Below, piece after piece: positions 1 to 11,966 of a stretch of 64,000 nt of DNA (its first letter is position 1; each line of letters begins with the position of its first letter). The translations under genes were made by a program, and so were the position numbers. This DNA is from an uncultured Mycoplasmatota bacterium (GTDB lineage: Bacteria; Bacillota_I; Bacilli_A; RF39; UBA660): the NCBI GenBank assembly GCA_947571135.1, contig CANOWY010000004.1, positions 19,474 through 83,473 on the forward strand, given 5' to 3'. The notes beneath the pieces were generated by a model. The model was not told the DNA's origin. It worked only from the letters and a program-made list of their open reading frames with translations, and made no database searches.

Positions 1-2
1 AA

Positions 3-1124
3 TATATAGAACGATTAGAATTCAATAAAAGTTTAATTGAATTAGATAAGTTAGTAAACAATCCAAAAACTTCTTTAGAATTAAAATTAAAAAACACATC
101 TAAAATTACAAATAATTTTAAAAAACTCTATTCTAATTTTGATTTAAAAAAAGAAACTGAATTTTCCAAAAATTTTACTTTTTCTAATTTTTTAGCAAGA
201 ATTTCGAAAGTGTTAGATACGATACTTTCTCATGGCGAAGAAATTATAAACATTTATTATAGTCATACCTTAGATATAAATAGTTTTACAGAAGAAGAGG
301 AAGATAAATTAAACTTGTATATCGCGGCTAAATATATGCAAGAGATTGAAAAAACAGAAACGAAAGATAAGCAAAGGTATTTATTTTATTTGACTAATTA
401 TTTTAAAGAAAATGTAGAGATACAAGTTACAAGAGTCAAAATAAAATTAAGTGAAGGAAAAGTAACACCTATTTCTTTATATCAAAAATATAAGGAACTA
501 CTTGCAAAAAATCCTGATTTATTAGTAGTAAACTTTTCTTATCAAGATTTTCAAGATATGACGAAAGAAGAAGTAGAAGATTTTTTAACTTTATATTTGG
601 CAGAACTTCACGCCAATTGGGAATTGCTTCCAAGTGATGATATATCTGTAGAAAGAACGGTTCTTAACATAGCAAAACGAAAAAGTAGAAATATGAGTGA
701 GGAAGAAAGAAAACAAAAAGAAGAAAGATTATTAAATTTATATATACAAAAAAAGACATTTTTTGATGGGACAGACCCTTATTTTAGAATTAAAGGGAAA
801 CAAACATTTGATGGTTATGTGGGCTATATTTATTCTAATTCATTAGTAATATTAGAAAGATATTATAAAGATGTTGAGGAAACAAAATTGACAGAAAATG
901 AAGCCATTTATATTTTAAGAATGCAAGATTTCTATGAGTTATCAAAACATTCTAAACTCTATTTAATGGCTAGTCCTTTATGTAAAAGAGTTTATCATAG
1001 AGGATTATGGCAAGAGCGAGTATTAGAATATATTAATAAGAAAGAAAATACGATAAATCCTGTAGAAGATACTCAAAAATTAATTCTAGATAAAAAAGTT
1101 CGAATTGAAGAAAAGAAAATGTAA
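3..1124 (+). CDS. Hypothetical protein, 5'-truncated by the window edge
   Basis: Frame of ORF 210..1124 has no stop back to position 3; no recognised motif. Confidence 0.7.
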   Translation, partial: YIERLEFNKSLIELDKLVNNPKTSLELKLKNTSKITNNFKKLYSNFDLKKETEFSKNFTFSNFLARISKVLDTILSHGEEIINIYYSHTLDINSFTEEEEDKLNLYIAAKYMQEIEKTETKDKQRYLFYLTNYFKENVEIQVTRVKIKLSEGKVTPISLYQKYKELLAKNPDLLVVNFSYQDFQDMTKEEVEDFLTLYLAELHANWELLPSDDISVERTVLNIAKRKSRNMSEEERKQKEERLLNLYIQKKTFFDGTDPYFRIKGKQTFDGYVGYIYSNSLVILERYYKDVEETKLTENEAIYILRMQDFYELSKHSKLYLMASPLCKRVYHRGLWQERVLEYINKKENTINPVEDTQKLILDKKVRIEEKKM

Positions 1125-1150
1125 AATGTCACAAAACGACATTTTTTTCT
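1123..1150 (+). terminator. Probable intrinsic terminator
   Basis: AAAATGTC-acaaaac-GACATTTT hairpin followed by a T-tract. Confidence 0.55.
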
Positions 1151-1188
1151 TTTTTTCTATGCTATAAACGTAGTAGGTGATTTTAAAT

Positions 1189-1620
1189 ATGAAAAAAACG
1201 TTAAAAATAGTCTTATTTTCTTCTATGTTAGGTGTAATTCTTGCTGGACTTTTCTTTTTTAATATCAAAGATAAAGCAGAAGCAAAAAACAAGCCCTTTT
1301 TGTATGCATTCCAAGTAGGAGTCTTCAAAAATAGAGAGAATGCCAATAATTATCGCATGAAATTTCCACTTGGCAAAGTTGTGCACGACGGGGAATACTA
1401 TCGCGTATATATTGGAATAACTCGTAACAATAAAGAGTTATTAAGTGATTTATTTGATAGCCAAAACTATAGTTATTACATCAAAGAAATTGAAACCTCA
1501 GAAGAAATGGAAAGGGAAATCCTAAAATATGACGAATTGCTAGAAAAAAGTAGTGAGGAAAATAGAATTTCTATTCTTAAAAATATGTTAGAAAGTTTTT
1601 TATATGACGTACAAAATTAA
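1189..1620 (+). CDS. Membrane-anchored protein with SPOR-like motif
   Basis: N-terminal TM segment, then FQVGVFKNRENA (SPOR-like); AGGTG RBS before ATG 1189. Confidence 0.55.
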   Translation: MKKTLKIVLFSSMLGVILAGLFFFNIKDKAEAKNKPFLYAFQVGVFKNRENANNYRMKFPLGKVVHDGEYYRVYIGITRNNKELLSDLFDSQNYSYYIKEIETSEEMEREILKYDELLEKSSEENRISILKNMLESFLYDVQN

Positions 1621-2284
1621 GGATTTACCACTAGATGAACGTCCTCGTGAAAAACTAAAAAACAAAGGTGCAGAAAGTCTATCTAACGAAGAATTAATTG
1701 CTATTATTTTAAGATGTGGAAACAAAGAAGAATCTGTAAAAGATCTTGCTATTCGCTTAGTAAAAACTCTTGCTACTTTTCATGATTTCAATAGCATAAC
1801 CTATCAAGATTTAATCAAAATAAAAGGAATAAAAGAAGCCAAAGCCATTTCTATTCTTGCTTCTATTGAACTAGGAAGAAGACTTGTAAATAGCCAGCCA
1901 ACTGCCAAAACAAAAATAACAAATGCCGAAGAAATTTTTTTAATGTTTAAACCCAAAATTATGAATTTAAAGCAAGAGAAATTATTTGCTTTATTTTTAA
2001 ATACCAAAAACGAAATCATTACCTATGAAACTATTTTTATTGGCACTCAAAACAAAAGTATTACCCATCCAAGAGAAATCTTTAACTTTGCCATCAAAAA
2101 CAGTGCCGTAAAATTGGTTTTAATTCACAATCATCCAACAGGAGATGTTACCCCTAGCAAAGAAGACATTGCTTTTACGGAGAATATAGTGAAAATTGGC
2201 AAAATGATACAAATTCCTTTGATTGACCATATTATTATAAGTGAAACTTACTTTTTTAGTTTTTTTGATCATGATATGCTTTAA
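1604..2284 (+). CDS. radC: RadC/JAB domain protein
   Basis: IKDLP..ERPREKL N-terminus; HPREIF; HNHPTGD..PS..D JAMM motif; DHII. Confidence 0.95.
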   Translation: MTYKIKDLPLDERPREKLKNKGAESLSNEELIAIILRCGNKEESVKDLAIRLVKTLATFHDFNSITYQDLIKIKGIKEAKAISILASIELGRRLVNSQPTAKTKITNAEEIFLMFKPKIMNLKQEKLFALFLNTKNEIITYETIFIGTQNKSITHPREIFNFAIKNSAVKLVLIHNHPTGDVTPSKEDIAFTENIVKIGKMIQIPLIDHIIISETYFFSFFDHDML

Positions 2285-2324
2285 AAAAAGAAAAACATAC
2301 CATACTAATACTAGGTGACTTAGT

Positions 2325-2993
2325 ATGACAAGAAAAGGAAAAATAGTGTGTATCTTTCTTTTTATTATTTCGATTCTTTTAAAAGAAGAAATCTATGCTT
2401 TTTTATTTAAAGCAGATTTAAAAAAAGAAATTCACAATACGATTTGTGAAACTCAAAATAAAATATTAGAAGAAAAATACCAAGAATTAGTGAATGCGTA
2501 TGGATATGAAGATCAGTTTGCTTATCATTTAGAAGAATCGAAAATATTATTTCGTGACATTTATGACTTAAATAAAAAAATTACTATTTTTAAAGGAGAA
2601 AAAGACGGAATTCAAGAAAAAAATTTAGTAGTCAATGAACAAGGATTAGTAGGGATTGTTTGTAAAGTACACCAAAATAGTAGTGATGTTGATTTAATAA
2701 CAAAAGAAAATATCAATCTATCAGTAAAAATCAACGATAATTATGGCATATTAAAATACGAGAATCAAGAATTTATTGTGAGTGGCATTAACAATAAAGG
2801 GGAAGTAAATGTAGGAGATGCAGTTTTCACAAGTGATATTTCTATCTATCCTGAAAAGATTCTAATAGGGCAAGTAGAGGAAGTGATGTTTGATCACTAC
2901 GAAATAGAAAAAGTAATTAAAGTAAACCCAGCCGTTGATTTTAAAAATTTAAAATTTATTAGCATTATTAAAGACTTACGAGGTGAAGAATGA
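2325..2993 (+). CDS. mreC: Rod shape-determining protein MreC
   Basis: N-terminal TM; KG.KDGI, GLVGIV, VGD.VFTS, YPEKILIG, PAVDF motifs; follows radC. Confidence 0.85.
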   Translation: MTRKGKIVCIFLFIISILLKEEIYAFLFKADLKKEIHNTICETQNKILEEKYQELVNAYGYEDQFAYHLEESKILFRDIYDLNKKITIFKGEKDGIQEKNLVVNEQGLVGIVCKVHQNSSDVDLITKENINLSVKINDNYGILKYENQEFIVSGINNKGEVNVGDAVFTSDISIYPEKILIGQVEEVMFDHYEIEKVIKVNPAVDFKNLKFISIIKDLRGEE

Positions 2994-3364
2994 CTTTCCT
3001 ATACTTTTTGCTCGATGTTTGCTTTTATAATTATACGTTTATCAAAACAGACTTTTTACTGCATGCTCTATTAGAAAAAAAAGAAAGTAAATTTATGTAT
3101 TTTATTAGTATAATGACTATTGATTTTCTTCTTCTTGTAAAAGGAAAACTTTTTCTTTTATTTCTTATTTTATATGGTATAAACAAAATTTTAAAACTTT
3201 CTTATCAAAATATAAAAGAAGTTTTTTTGCGTTTTTGCCTCCTTTATTTAATTTACAAATTAGGAGTTTATGTATTATTTAAAACTTTTGTTTTTGATTG
3301 TCTTGGATTTGCAATAAACTTCTTAGTTTTATATGTTTTTCATAAAAAATTTTTCACTACATAA
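2990..3364 (+). CDS. mreD: Small integral membrane protein, probable MreD
   Basis: Very hydrophobic, ATGA-coupled to mreC; call rests mainly on position. Confidence 0.5.
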   Translation: MTFLYFLLDVCFYNYTFIKTDFLLHALLEKKESKFMYFISIMTIDFLLLVKGKLFLLFLILYGINKILKLSYQNIKEVFLRFCLLYLIYKLGVYVLFKTFVFDCLGFAINFLVLYVFHKKFFTT

Positions 3365-3368
3365 AATG
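3340..3368 (+). promoter_or_regulatory. SigmaE-type promoter of spoIVFAB
   Basis: TCATAAA-N14-CATAAAAT matches the B. subtilis sigmaE consensus; spoIVF is sigmaE-controlled in B. subtilis. Confidence 0.6.
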
Positions 3369-3383
3369 TATTGGTGAAGAAAC

Positions 3384-4010
3384 ATGGATAATTTACTCTT
3401 AGAAGCACAAAATCGGATTAAAAATAAAAGAATGCATTTTGTAAACCAAACTGGAAAAAAGAAAGAGGGAGAACCCTTTTCTAAGTACATTTCAGAATTG
3501 TTTACTAGAACACTGCTTAGTGTTATTTTAGTTTTATTATGTGCTATTTTTGTAAATAGTAGCGATGCTAACTTACTTATTTTTAAAAACAAACTTTTTA
3601 ATGAAACACTCGCATTCACAAAAATCAATTCTTTATATGCCAAGTATTTTGGTGACATTATTCCTGATAAAGTAACCAATTCCATTCCAGTATTTGAAAA
3701 CACTACCAATACTTCTACCATTGAACAAGAAGGAAATTCTTATTTTGTTTCTTTGAATTCCAATACTTATTCCTTTTTAGAAAGCGGAGTGATTGTGTTT
3801 TTAGGAGAAAAAGAAGGGTTTGGAAAAACCATGATTGTTCAAGGAATTGATGGAGTAGATATCTGGTATTCAAATCTTGAAAATTACAATGTTTCGATGT
3901 ATGACTATGTAGAAAAAGGAAATATTGTAGGAGAATTTCATGAACAGAAAGCCCTTTTAACCTTTATGGAGAATGGTGAATATATAGGTTATGAGAAATA
4001 TATTCAGTAA
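3384..4010 (+). CDS. spoIVFA: SpoIVFA-like M23-domain membrane protein
   Basis: TM followed by SGVIVFLG..EGFGKTMIVQ..DG...WYSNL (M23-like); directly upstream of an M50 protease and rplU. Confidence 0.75.
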   Translation: MDNLLLEAQNRIKNKRMHFVNQTGKKKEGEPFSKYISELFTRTLLSVILVLLCAIFVNSSDANLLIFKNKLFNETLAFTKINSLYAKYFGDIIPDKVTNSIPVFENTTNTSTIEQEGNSYFVSLNSNTYSFLESGVIVFLGEKEGFGKTMIVQGIDGVDIWYSNLENYNVSMYDYVEKGNIVGEFHEQKALLTFMENGEYIGYEKYIQ

Positions 4011-4770
4011 AACCAAAATCAACTTCCTCACTTATTTTATATTTTTGAGTTTTTTACTAACAGGATATATAAAAAACATTTTACTTATTTTTTTAATTGT
4101 TTTTGTGCATGAACTAGGGCATATTCTTTTTTTAAAATGCTTTCGCTATAAAATTGTAAAAGTAGAATTTTTTCCCTTTGGAGGACTAACTACCACTGAA
4201 AAGTTAATCAATTCTCCTATTAATAAAGATTTAATTATTTATAGTGGAGGTATTTTATTTCAAACGCTTTTGTATTTCGTTTTTCACTTTTTGTATCATC
4301 AGGGGCGTATTTTAGAAAATACCTTTCTTATCTTTACATTTTATAACAAAAGTATCCTATTTTTTAATTTGCTTCCAATACGTCCCTTAGATGGCGGAGA
4401 AATTTTCTTATTATTCTTACAAAAGTTTTTTCCTTATGTGAAAACGTTAAAAATGGCAAATTATATTTCAATCCTTTTTTTATTTCTTTTTATTCTTTAT
4501 AATGTAAAAAGTAATTTAAATGCAATGATTGTAATTAGTTTCTTGCTTTATAAAATTATTGATTTTTATCGAAAAAGAGAATATTTCAAAAACAAATTTT
4601 TATTAGAAAGATATCTTTATACCATTCCTTATAAAAAAATTGAACATAATGAACAACAAAATATTGAACTTTTAAAAAAAGAAACACTTCATTTTTTTAA
4701 AGTGCAAGATAAATACCAACATGAACGGGAAGTTTTAAGAGAAAAGTTTGACATTCACTCCTATTTTTGA
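3991..4770 (+). CDS. spoIVFB: SpoIVFB-like site-2 (M50) intramembrane metalloprotease
   Basis: HELGH and FNLLPIRPLDGG motifs; synteny. Confidence 0.85.
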   Translation: MRNIFSKTKINFLTYFIFLSFLLTGYIKNILLIFLIVFVHELGHILFLKCFRYKIVKVEFFPFGGLTTTEKLINSPINKDLIIYSGGILFQTLLYFVFHFLYHQGRILENTFLIFTFYNKSILFFNLLPIRPLDGGEIFLLFLQKFFPYVKTLKMANYISILFLFLFILYNVKSNLNAMIVISFLLYKIIDFYRKREYFKNKFLLERYLYTIPYKKIEHNEQQNIELLKKETLHFFKVQDKYQHEREVLREKFDIHSYF

Positions 4771-4782
4771 TAGAATTTAATA

Positions 4783-4860
4783 CGTTTGGAAGGGCTTTTC
4801 TTTCTAAAACCGCATAGAAAAGGTTTAAAACTTTACAAGTTGCCTTAATAGCGAGTCTTA
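4783..4860 (+). promoter_or_regulatory. L21 ribosomal protein leader (putative autoregulatory RNA)
   Basis: 5' UTR of rplU with CCGCA...GCGAGTC elements typical of the L21 leader; preceded by TTGACA/TAGAAT promoter. Confidence 0.55.
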
Positions 4861-4879
4861 TATATAAAGGAGGTAGGAA

Positions 4880-5182
4880 ATGAAGGCTATATTTACAACA
4901 GGTGGAAAACAATATTATGTAACAGAAGGTGACGTAATCTACGTTGAAAAACTGGATGTAGAAGCAGGCAGTGATGTTACATTTACAGAAGTTTTATTTG
5001 CAGATGGAAAAGTAGGGACACCATTTGTTAATGGTGCTAAAGTGGTTTGCAATGTAGAAAAACATGGTAAAAATAAAAAAATTGTTGTTTTCAAATATAA
5101 ACCTAAAAAGAAATATCGTAATAAACAAGGACATAGACAACCTTATACAAAATTAGTTGTTAAAAAAATTGAAGTTAAATAA
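4880..5182 (+). CDS. rplU: 50S ribosomal protein bL21
   Basis: TGGKQY..; KQGHRQPYT. Confidence 0.98.
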   Translation: MKAIFTTGGKQYYVTEGDVIYVEKLDVEAGSDVTFTEVLFADGKVGTPFVNGAKVVCNVEKHGKNKKIVVFKYKPKKKYRNKQGHRQPYTKLVVKKIEVK

Positions 5183-5184
5183 TT

Positions 5185-5490
5185 ATGATTAAAGTAAAAA
5201 TCGAGAAAAAAAATAATCAAATAGAGCGTATTAAGATAAGTGGACACTCTGGATATGCAGAGTCTGGCTATGATATTGTTTGTAGTGCTGTATCTAGTGT
5301 CATAACAACTTCGGTAAATGCGATTGTTTCTTTTAAAGAAACAATTAAAGTAGAAGATGATGGAAATGTATTAGAAATACGTATTTTAGAACATGATGAC
5401 ATAACTGATAAACTAATACGCAATATGCTAGATTTATTAAAAGAAATTGAGAAACAATACAAAGAAAATATTAAAATGGAAGGAGAATAA
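5185..5490 (+). CDS. prp: Ribosomal-processing cysteine protease Prp (YsxB)
   Basis: GHSGYAESGYDIVCSAVS motif; lies between rplU and rpmA. Confidence 0.93.
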   Translation: MIKVKIEKKNNQIERIKISGHSGYAESGYDIVCSAVSSVITTSVNAIVSFKETIKVEDDGNVLEIRILEHDDITDKLIRNMLDLLKEIEKQYKENIKMEGE

Positions 5491-5493
5491 CGA

Positions 5494-5778
5494 ATGTTAA
5501 AATTTGTGTTTAATTTACAACGTTTTGCTCATATTAAAGCACAAGGTTCTACAAAAAACGGACGTGATAGTGCTGGTAGACGTTTAGGTGCAAAAGCAAG
5601 CGATGGAGAATTTGTAAGCGCAGGTTCTATTCTATATCGCCAAAGAGGAACTAAAATTTATCCTGGTACGAATGTTGGAATGGGTAAAGATCATACTTTA
5701 TTTGCAAAAATAGATGGCGTTGTTAAATTCGAAAGATTAGGAAGAGATAAAAAGAAAGTAAGCGTATACGAAAAGTAA
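5494..5778 (+). CDS. rpmA: 50S ribosomal protein bL27 with Prp-cleaved N-terminal extension
   Basis: [13 protein letters not shown]..; GSTKNGRDS; [10 protein letters not shown]. Confidence 0.98.
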   Translation: MLKFVFNLQRFAHIKAQGSTKNGRDSAGRRLGAKASDGEFVSAGSILYRQRGTKIYPGTNVGMGKDHTLFAKIDGVVKFERLGRDKKKVSVYEK

Positions 5779-5790
5779 TACGCTTTTTTC
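5760..5790 (+). terminator. Intrinsic terminator of rplU-prp-rpmA
   Basis: AAGCGTAT...ATACGCTT stem followed by a T-tract. Confidence 0.7.
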
Positions 5791-5897
5791 TTGAGTTAGA
5801 GTGAATTTTCTAGGAAAGTTCAACAAAAAAGTCTTGAATCGTAAACTAGTGCGTGATGTTGAAAAAAGTTGTAAATAATGAAAAAAAGAGGAATTTT

Positions 5898-6350
5898 ATG
5901 AAAAAGATGGTAATGCTTTTGAGTTTAGTATTTATATTGACAGGTTGTAGGCAAGAAGCAAAGTTTGAAACTAAGATTATAATCGATGATAAATATGAAT
6001 TATTTGTAAATGAAGAGAAGAATTGTACAAATACTTTGAAAGAATATTATAAATATGGTAATCAAAAATTATTTTTAGTTTGTTTTAATGAAATATATTT
6101 AAAAAGTGATAAAAGTGAAATGACTTTAAAAAAATACATAAAAAAAAGTAGTAATACTCTTGAGGCAAGTATTGATAAAATCATCAAACAATTAGAACCG
6201 TCTGGTGCTTTATTAGATGGTGGTAGTGTTGAATATAAAAATGATAGTATAACAATAATAAAATGTAATACTTTGGATAATAATAATGATATCTATATAG
6301 GAGATAATACTCTAGAAATGACGAATGAATATTGCAAAAATTCAAATTAA
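5898..6350 (+). CDS. Hypothetical lipoprotein
   Basis: MKKMVMLLSLVFILTGC lipobox; GAGG RBS. Confidence 0.75.
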   Translation: MKKMVMLLSLVFILTGCRQEAKFETKIIIDDKYELFVNEEKNCTNTLKEYYKYGNQKLFLVCFNEIYLKSDKSEMTLKKYIKKSSNTLEASIDKIIKQLEPSGALLDGGSVEYKNDSITIIKCNTLDNNNDIYIGDNTLEMTNEYCKNSN

Positions 6351-6366
6351 TTAAATATTATAAATT

Positions 6367-6402
6367 AAACATATGTTGTGCTGAAAAATGCATATGTTTT
6401 TT
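6367..6402 (+). terminator. Probable intrinsic terminator
   Basis: AAACATATG...CATATGTTT inverted repeat with T-tail. Confidence 0.55.
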
Positions 6403-6541
6403 AATTTGTGGATTTTAAACATTAAAGAGGCATTTTTGAGGCCTAGACTCTTTTATCTTGCATATTAAGACTCCGTTCATATTTAAAACTTGTTAGACTT
6501 TTTCTTTTGAGTTTGATAGAATAATAAAAGAGGTGATGAAA

Positions 6542-7180
6542 ATGCGATACAACGTTGTAAAGGGTGCAAAATATATAATCGAAGATAGTGAATACGTTAT
6601 AAAAAAACCAGAAACGCATAAGAATAAATGGCATATGGTGTTTGGAAATAACAATCCAATTTGTTTAGAACTTGGTATGGGAAGAGGAATCTTTATCATA
6701 GAGATGGCGAAAGCAAATCCTAATAAAAATTTTATTGGACTTGAAATAGATGGTTCTCAAACAGCAACAGCCGTGAAAAACATTGGAACAAAAAAACTTA
6801 AGAATTTAAAAATTATCTGTGCAGACGCAAGTAATATTGCAGAGTATTTTGGACGTGAAATAGATACGATTTATTTAACATTTTCAGAGCCATGGCCTAA
6901 AAAACAAGATGAGAAAAAAAGATTTACTTCCATGAATTATTTAAAGTTATACGATCGTATTTTTAAGAAAAACAAACACATTATTTTAAAAACCGATAAC
7001 AAAATTCTATTTTCATCTTCTTTAGAAAATTTAAGTAAATATTGGTATACATTCGAAAAAGTTAGTATGGACTTACATCATGATGAAAGAAAAATTCCTA
7101 ATTTAATGACGGATTTTGAAGTGCAATACTATAAAAATAATCGTCCTATATATTATGTCGATGCAAGTTTTAGAGATTAG
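6542..7180 (+). CDS. trmB: tRNA (guanine-N7)-methyltransferase
   Basis: MRY.., LELGMGRG SAM motif, FSEPWPKK, KTDN, TDFE. Confidence 0.92.
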   Translation: MRYNVVKGAKYIIEDSEYVIKKPETHKNKWHMVFGNNNPICLELGMGRGIFIIEMAKANPNKNFIGLEIDGSQTATAVKNIGTKKLKNLKIICADASNIAEYFGREIDTIYLTFSEPWPKKQDEKKRFTSMNYLKLYDRIFKKNKHIILKTDNKILFSSSLENLSKYWYTFEKVSMDLHHDERKIPNLMTDFEVQYYKNNRPIYYVDASFRD

Positions 7181-7689
7181 GAAGTATAAAATGCTTTCTT
7201 TTTCTATGTATAAAAAGAATCATTATTGAAAAAAGTGTTACCAAAGTTCCATTCTATCTAGAGTGGGCAGAAGTAGATCTTTTTCCTCCAACCCTGAAGA
7301 GAATTTCATAAAAATATCGCCTTTTTGGGTAACACAAGTGGTTATTATAAAAAGTGAAAATGATAATACAACTGATTTGACAAAATTAGGCAGAACTTCT
7401 ACTACAAATTATCTTTTTTAAATGATTTTTGACAAATTCGGAGTAAAACCTCTGACTTTTTCGGAATTGAAGATACAATAGAATAAGAAAGAAGGCTAAA
7501 AATGATTGAAAGAGAGGCAGGAACCACTGGAAAAGAAATTGGAGCAAGAGGGATTATTTGTTTTTATGAAGAACTGCTCCATTTAGATGACAAACACTTT
7601 ATTATCCCAATTTCAAGTGTATTAAACATTTCCAATATAAAAGAATAATAGGAATTACAACCGTAATAGAACTGCTACTTAACAGTAAT

Positions 7690-7718
7690 TTGACAAAAAG
7701 CCTAAAAATTGGTAAAAT
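7690..7718 (+). promoter_or_regulatory. SigmaA-type promoter
   Basis: TTGACA-N17-TAAAAT with TG extension, upstream of ORF 7743. Confidence 0.7.
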
Positions 7719-7742
7719 TATACTATTAAAAGGGGGATTATT

Positions 7743-8600
7743 ATGGCAGAAGGGGAATTATTTTCCATTGCTACATTAATATGGGATTATGCAAGTAAAG
7801 GCAAAGAAATTGACAAGTATTATGTAGAAAGAATAGTAGAAATTGTAAAAAATGTAAGGAACTTACAAAAATTAATCCAACATATTCATTTTACCGATAG
7901 AGAAGATACCTTAGAAAGACTTGCTAGTTATGAAGCAGCGTGGAAAATGCTTCATATAAATTTAAATAAAATGAAAACAGAAGAGATGTTACCATTTTCT
8001 AAAACCAATAGGGATTTTGAAAATAAGAGAATGGGCTATTATTTAGAGAATACCAAAGACCTTTTGCATGCACTAGAACATGTTAGTCAATATAAAAAGT
8101 GCACGGAAAAAGGAGAAGAAATGGAAACAAAGATACTAAATTTATCTTATCATCAAATATTTAATAAGTGGGAACATTTCCGAGAGAAACACAATAATTC
8201 TACAATCTTAGTAGAAGTAACCAAATTATATTCTATGCACCATATTGCAATTCATAATGCCATCAGAAGTATAGCGCCATTTGAAAGACTTGCTGAGATA
8301 AAAGCCATAGAGTTTGAAGAAAATCTTGCAAATGTTTTAGAATTGCCTTTCTTACTTGATTATGCCTCCTTTAAAAAATTAGAAATGAGTTATCTTGCCC
8401 ATTACTACTATGATGCTCCTACTATTTATTACTTAAATCAACATGGTATTTATAAAAGAGCAGAGAAAATTTTAGAAGAAGGACGAGAATTAGAATTGGA
8501 AGATAGATTAACATTTGGTTTACCTATAACAAAAGAAGAACATTCCAGTATAAAAAAGGAATTAATCAAAATGCGCTCGAGGTTGGAAAAGAGGAATTAA
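7743..8600 (+). CDS. Hypothetical zincin-like protein with degenerate HALEH motif
   Basis: LLHALEHVSQ plus downstream ERLA; paralog of 9753..10616. Confidence 0.6.
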   Translation: MAEGELFSIATLIWDYASKGKEIDKYYVERIVEIVKNVRNLQKLIQHIHFTDREDTLERLASYEAAWKMLHINLNKMKTEEMLPFSKTNRDFENKRMGYYLENTKDLLHALEHVSQYKKCTEKGEEMETKILNLSYHQIFNKWEHFREKHNNSTILVEVTKLYSMHHIAIHNAIRSIAPFERLAEIKAIEFEENLANVLELPFLLDYASFKKLEMSYLAHYYYDAPTIYYLNQHGIYKRAEKILEEGRELELEDRLTFGLPITKEEHSSIKKELIKMRSRLEKRN

Positions 8601-8602
8601 AA

Positions 8603-9682
8603 ATGCACGATACATTTATAAAAATGGCTCAAGAATTAGAAGAAAATATTTTAAATGACAAAATTAAAATAAAAACCAAAGAAGATTGGAATAAATTAAA
8701 AGGAATAGTTTGGAATTTAGGAGAACTTTATAAAGAGGAAGAAGAGAAGTCTCAAAATATAATAGAAACCGAAGAGAAAACAATCACAATAGAAAATTGC
8801 CAAAATTTCGCAAAAATGGTTTGGAAATACATGAAACAGATGGAAATAGAACATAAAATGGATTTGAACGAATGTTTAGAAAATGTAATGTTTCACTTAA
8901 GATTTCTAGTTTTATATAATAGATTAGGTGCTTATAGAAGAGAGTTAATGGAACAATATGAATTGGAAACGAAAGAAAATAATGAAATCTCTTTCATAGA
9001 AGTAGAAGATGTTTTTGATAAAAAATATCCAAAAAAACGTATTAAAAAATGTGACTATTCGACTTTTAATGAAGCATATAAACAACAAAAAGATTTGCAT
9101 AAACAAGGAAAAATAAGCCTTATAGATTCTTACAATCAAGAGGTAGTAGAGTTTCAAAATGAAATAATAGCAGGAAAAATAAAAGCAGGGAATGTTAAAC
9201 AATGGAATATAATTAAAAGAAGTATTCATAAATTTTTAAATCTATACCATATTGCCTTTGCCGATTTAGAAAGAATAAACCATTTTAGTTATCGTATTGA
9301 TCGAAGTCCATTTTTAGTTTTTATTTTGGAATGTATTGAAAAGATAGAAAACAAGTATAATGGAATGGTTCCAGAAGCAGAGATTGCAAGTATGTTTGAG
9401 TTTATAAGAGTACTATGTCATCATTATGTACTTAATGATAAATTAAAAGATATTGGAAAAGAAATCAAAAATGCACCAAGGTTTAGTGGGGATAAAATGG
9501 AGGAAGGCAAAGTTTTAGCAAAGAATAACGGAATACTTGTTTGTATTAATAAAGAAACAGAAGAACAATATGAATACTTAACAAGCGAAATAGACAGAAT
9601 ATCGCCACTTTACAAAGAGGCCCAAGAATTTATATTTGGGATGAATTTATATGAATTAGAAGAAAATAAACGAGCAATGTAA
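8603..9682 (+). CDS. Hypothetical helical protein
   Basis: 359-aa ORF, no motif recognised. Confidence 0.65.
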   Translation: MHDTFIKMAQELEENILNDKIKIKTKEDWNKLKGIVWNLGELYKEEEEKSQNIIETEEKTITIENCQNFAKMVWKYMKQMEIEHKMDLNECLENVMFHLRFLVLYNRLGAYRRELMEQYELETKENNEISFIEVEDVFDKKYPKKRIKKCDYSTFNEAYKQQKDLHKQGKISLIDSYNQEVVEFQNEIIAGKIKAGNVKQWNIIKRSIHKFLNLYHIAFADLERINHFSYRIDRSPFLVFILECIEKIENKYNGMVPEAEIASMFEFIRVLCHHYVLNDKLKDIGKEIKNAPRFSGDKMEEGKVLAKNNGILVCINKETEEQYEYLTSEIDRISPLYKEAQEFIFGMNLYELEENKRAM

Positions 9683-9726
9683 CACTTACTCGTTTTTTTG
9701 ACAAATTTGACTGATTTGATTAGAAT
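9668..9726 (+). promoter_or_regulatory. Overlapping terminator and sigmaA promoter
   Basis: AAACGAG...CTCGTTT hairpin with T-tail running into TTGACA-N17-TAGAAT. Confidence 0.65.
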
Positions 9727-9752
9727 ATATATCGATATAAAGGAGAAAAGAT

Positions 9753-10616
9753 ATGGGGAGTTCCTATTGTGAAGAAATCAAAAATTTAATTCTAGAATAC
9801 TACCAAAAACACAAAAAAATAGACCAAGAATACATCAAGAAACTATTAGAAATAGTAATTGCTAGTGAAACATTACAGGAAGTATTAGAAAGACATTGTA
9901 TAAATAACAATTCAAAACAAGAAGTATACGTGATGACTTATAGTTCTGTGTTTAAAGAAATTACCTTATAGCCATCTAATATAGAAAATAACTATAATAA
10001 TAACGAATGCATACAAACGATTCCTTCTAATAGATTAGAAAAAGGATACGCCAATTTTATGTATTTGGACAGAATTCTTTTTCATGAACTTAATCATGCC
10101 TATTATACAAATAAACTTCGTCTTCAAGACAATACTATAGATAATTTAAAAAATAGAATGTTATTTTTTGAATTTCAATATTCAGGACTTACCTTAGACC
10201 AAATTATGACTATGACGCCATGGAAGTATAGAAAATGGTTGTGGGAAGTAAAACAATACAACAAAAAGTATTATAAAAACATTCAAAATTCTTTAAAAGA
10301 AAGATTAGCAAATCTGTATTCTTACCAAGTCTCTAGAAAAATTGCCGATTTATTAGATTTATCCCAAATTAGTACATGGGAACATTTGCAAGAACTAAAA
10401 TTATATACGAGTGTAAATGCAGGTGAATCTCCAACACTTGAATACCTAAAGAAGATCTGTTCCCCAAAAGAGTTTCGTGACTTACAAGAACAAATTGTAG
10501 ATTCCTCCTTATCTTTAGAAGAACGTTTAAAATACAGATTAGAAATCACATCATTAGAAATGGAAGAAATTTTAATACAGAAAAAAGAGTTAGAAAGAAA
10601 ATTAAAAATGTTTTAG
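9753..10616 (+). pseudogene. HExxH zincin-like protein interrupted by one in-frame TAG (9969-9971)
   Basis: ORFs 9753..9971 and 10059..10616 share a frame with no other stop between them; the joined product aligns end to end with 7743..8600; LFHELNH motif. Confidence 0.75.
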
Positions 10617-11957
<1,341 letters not shown>

Positions 11958-11966
11958 GGAGGGTAA

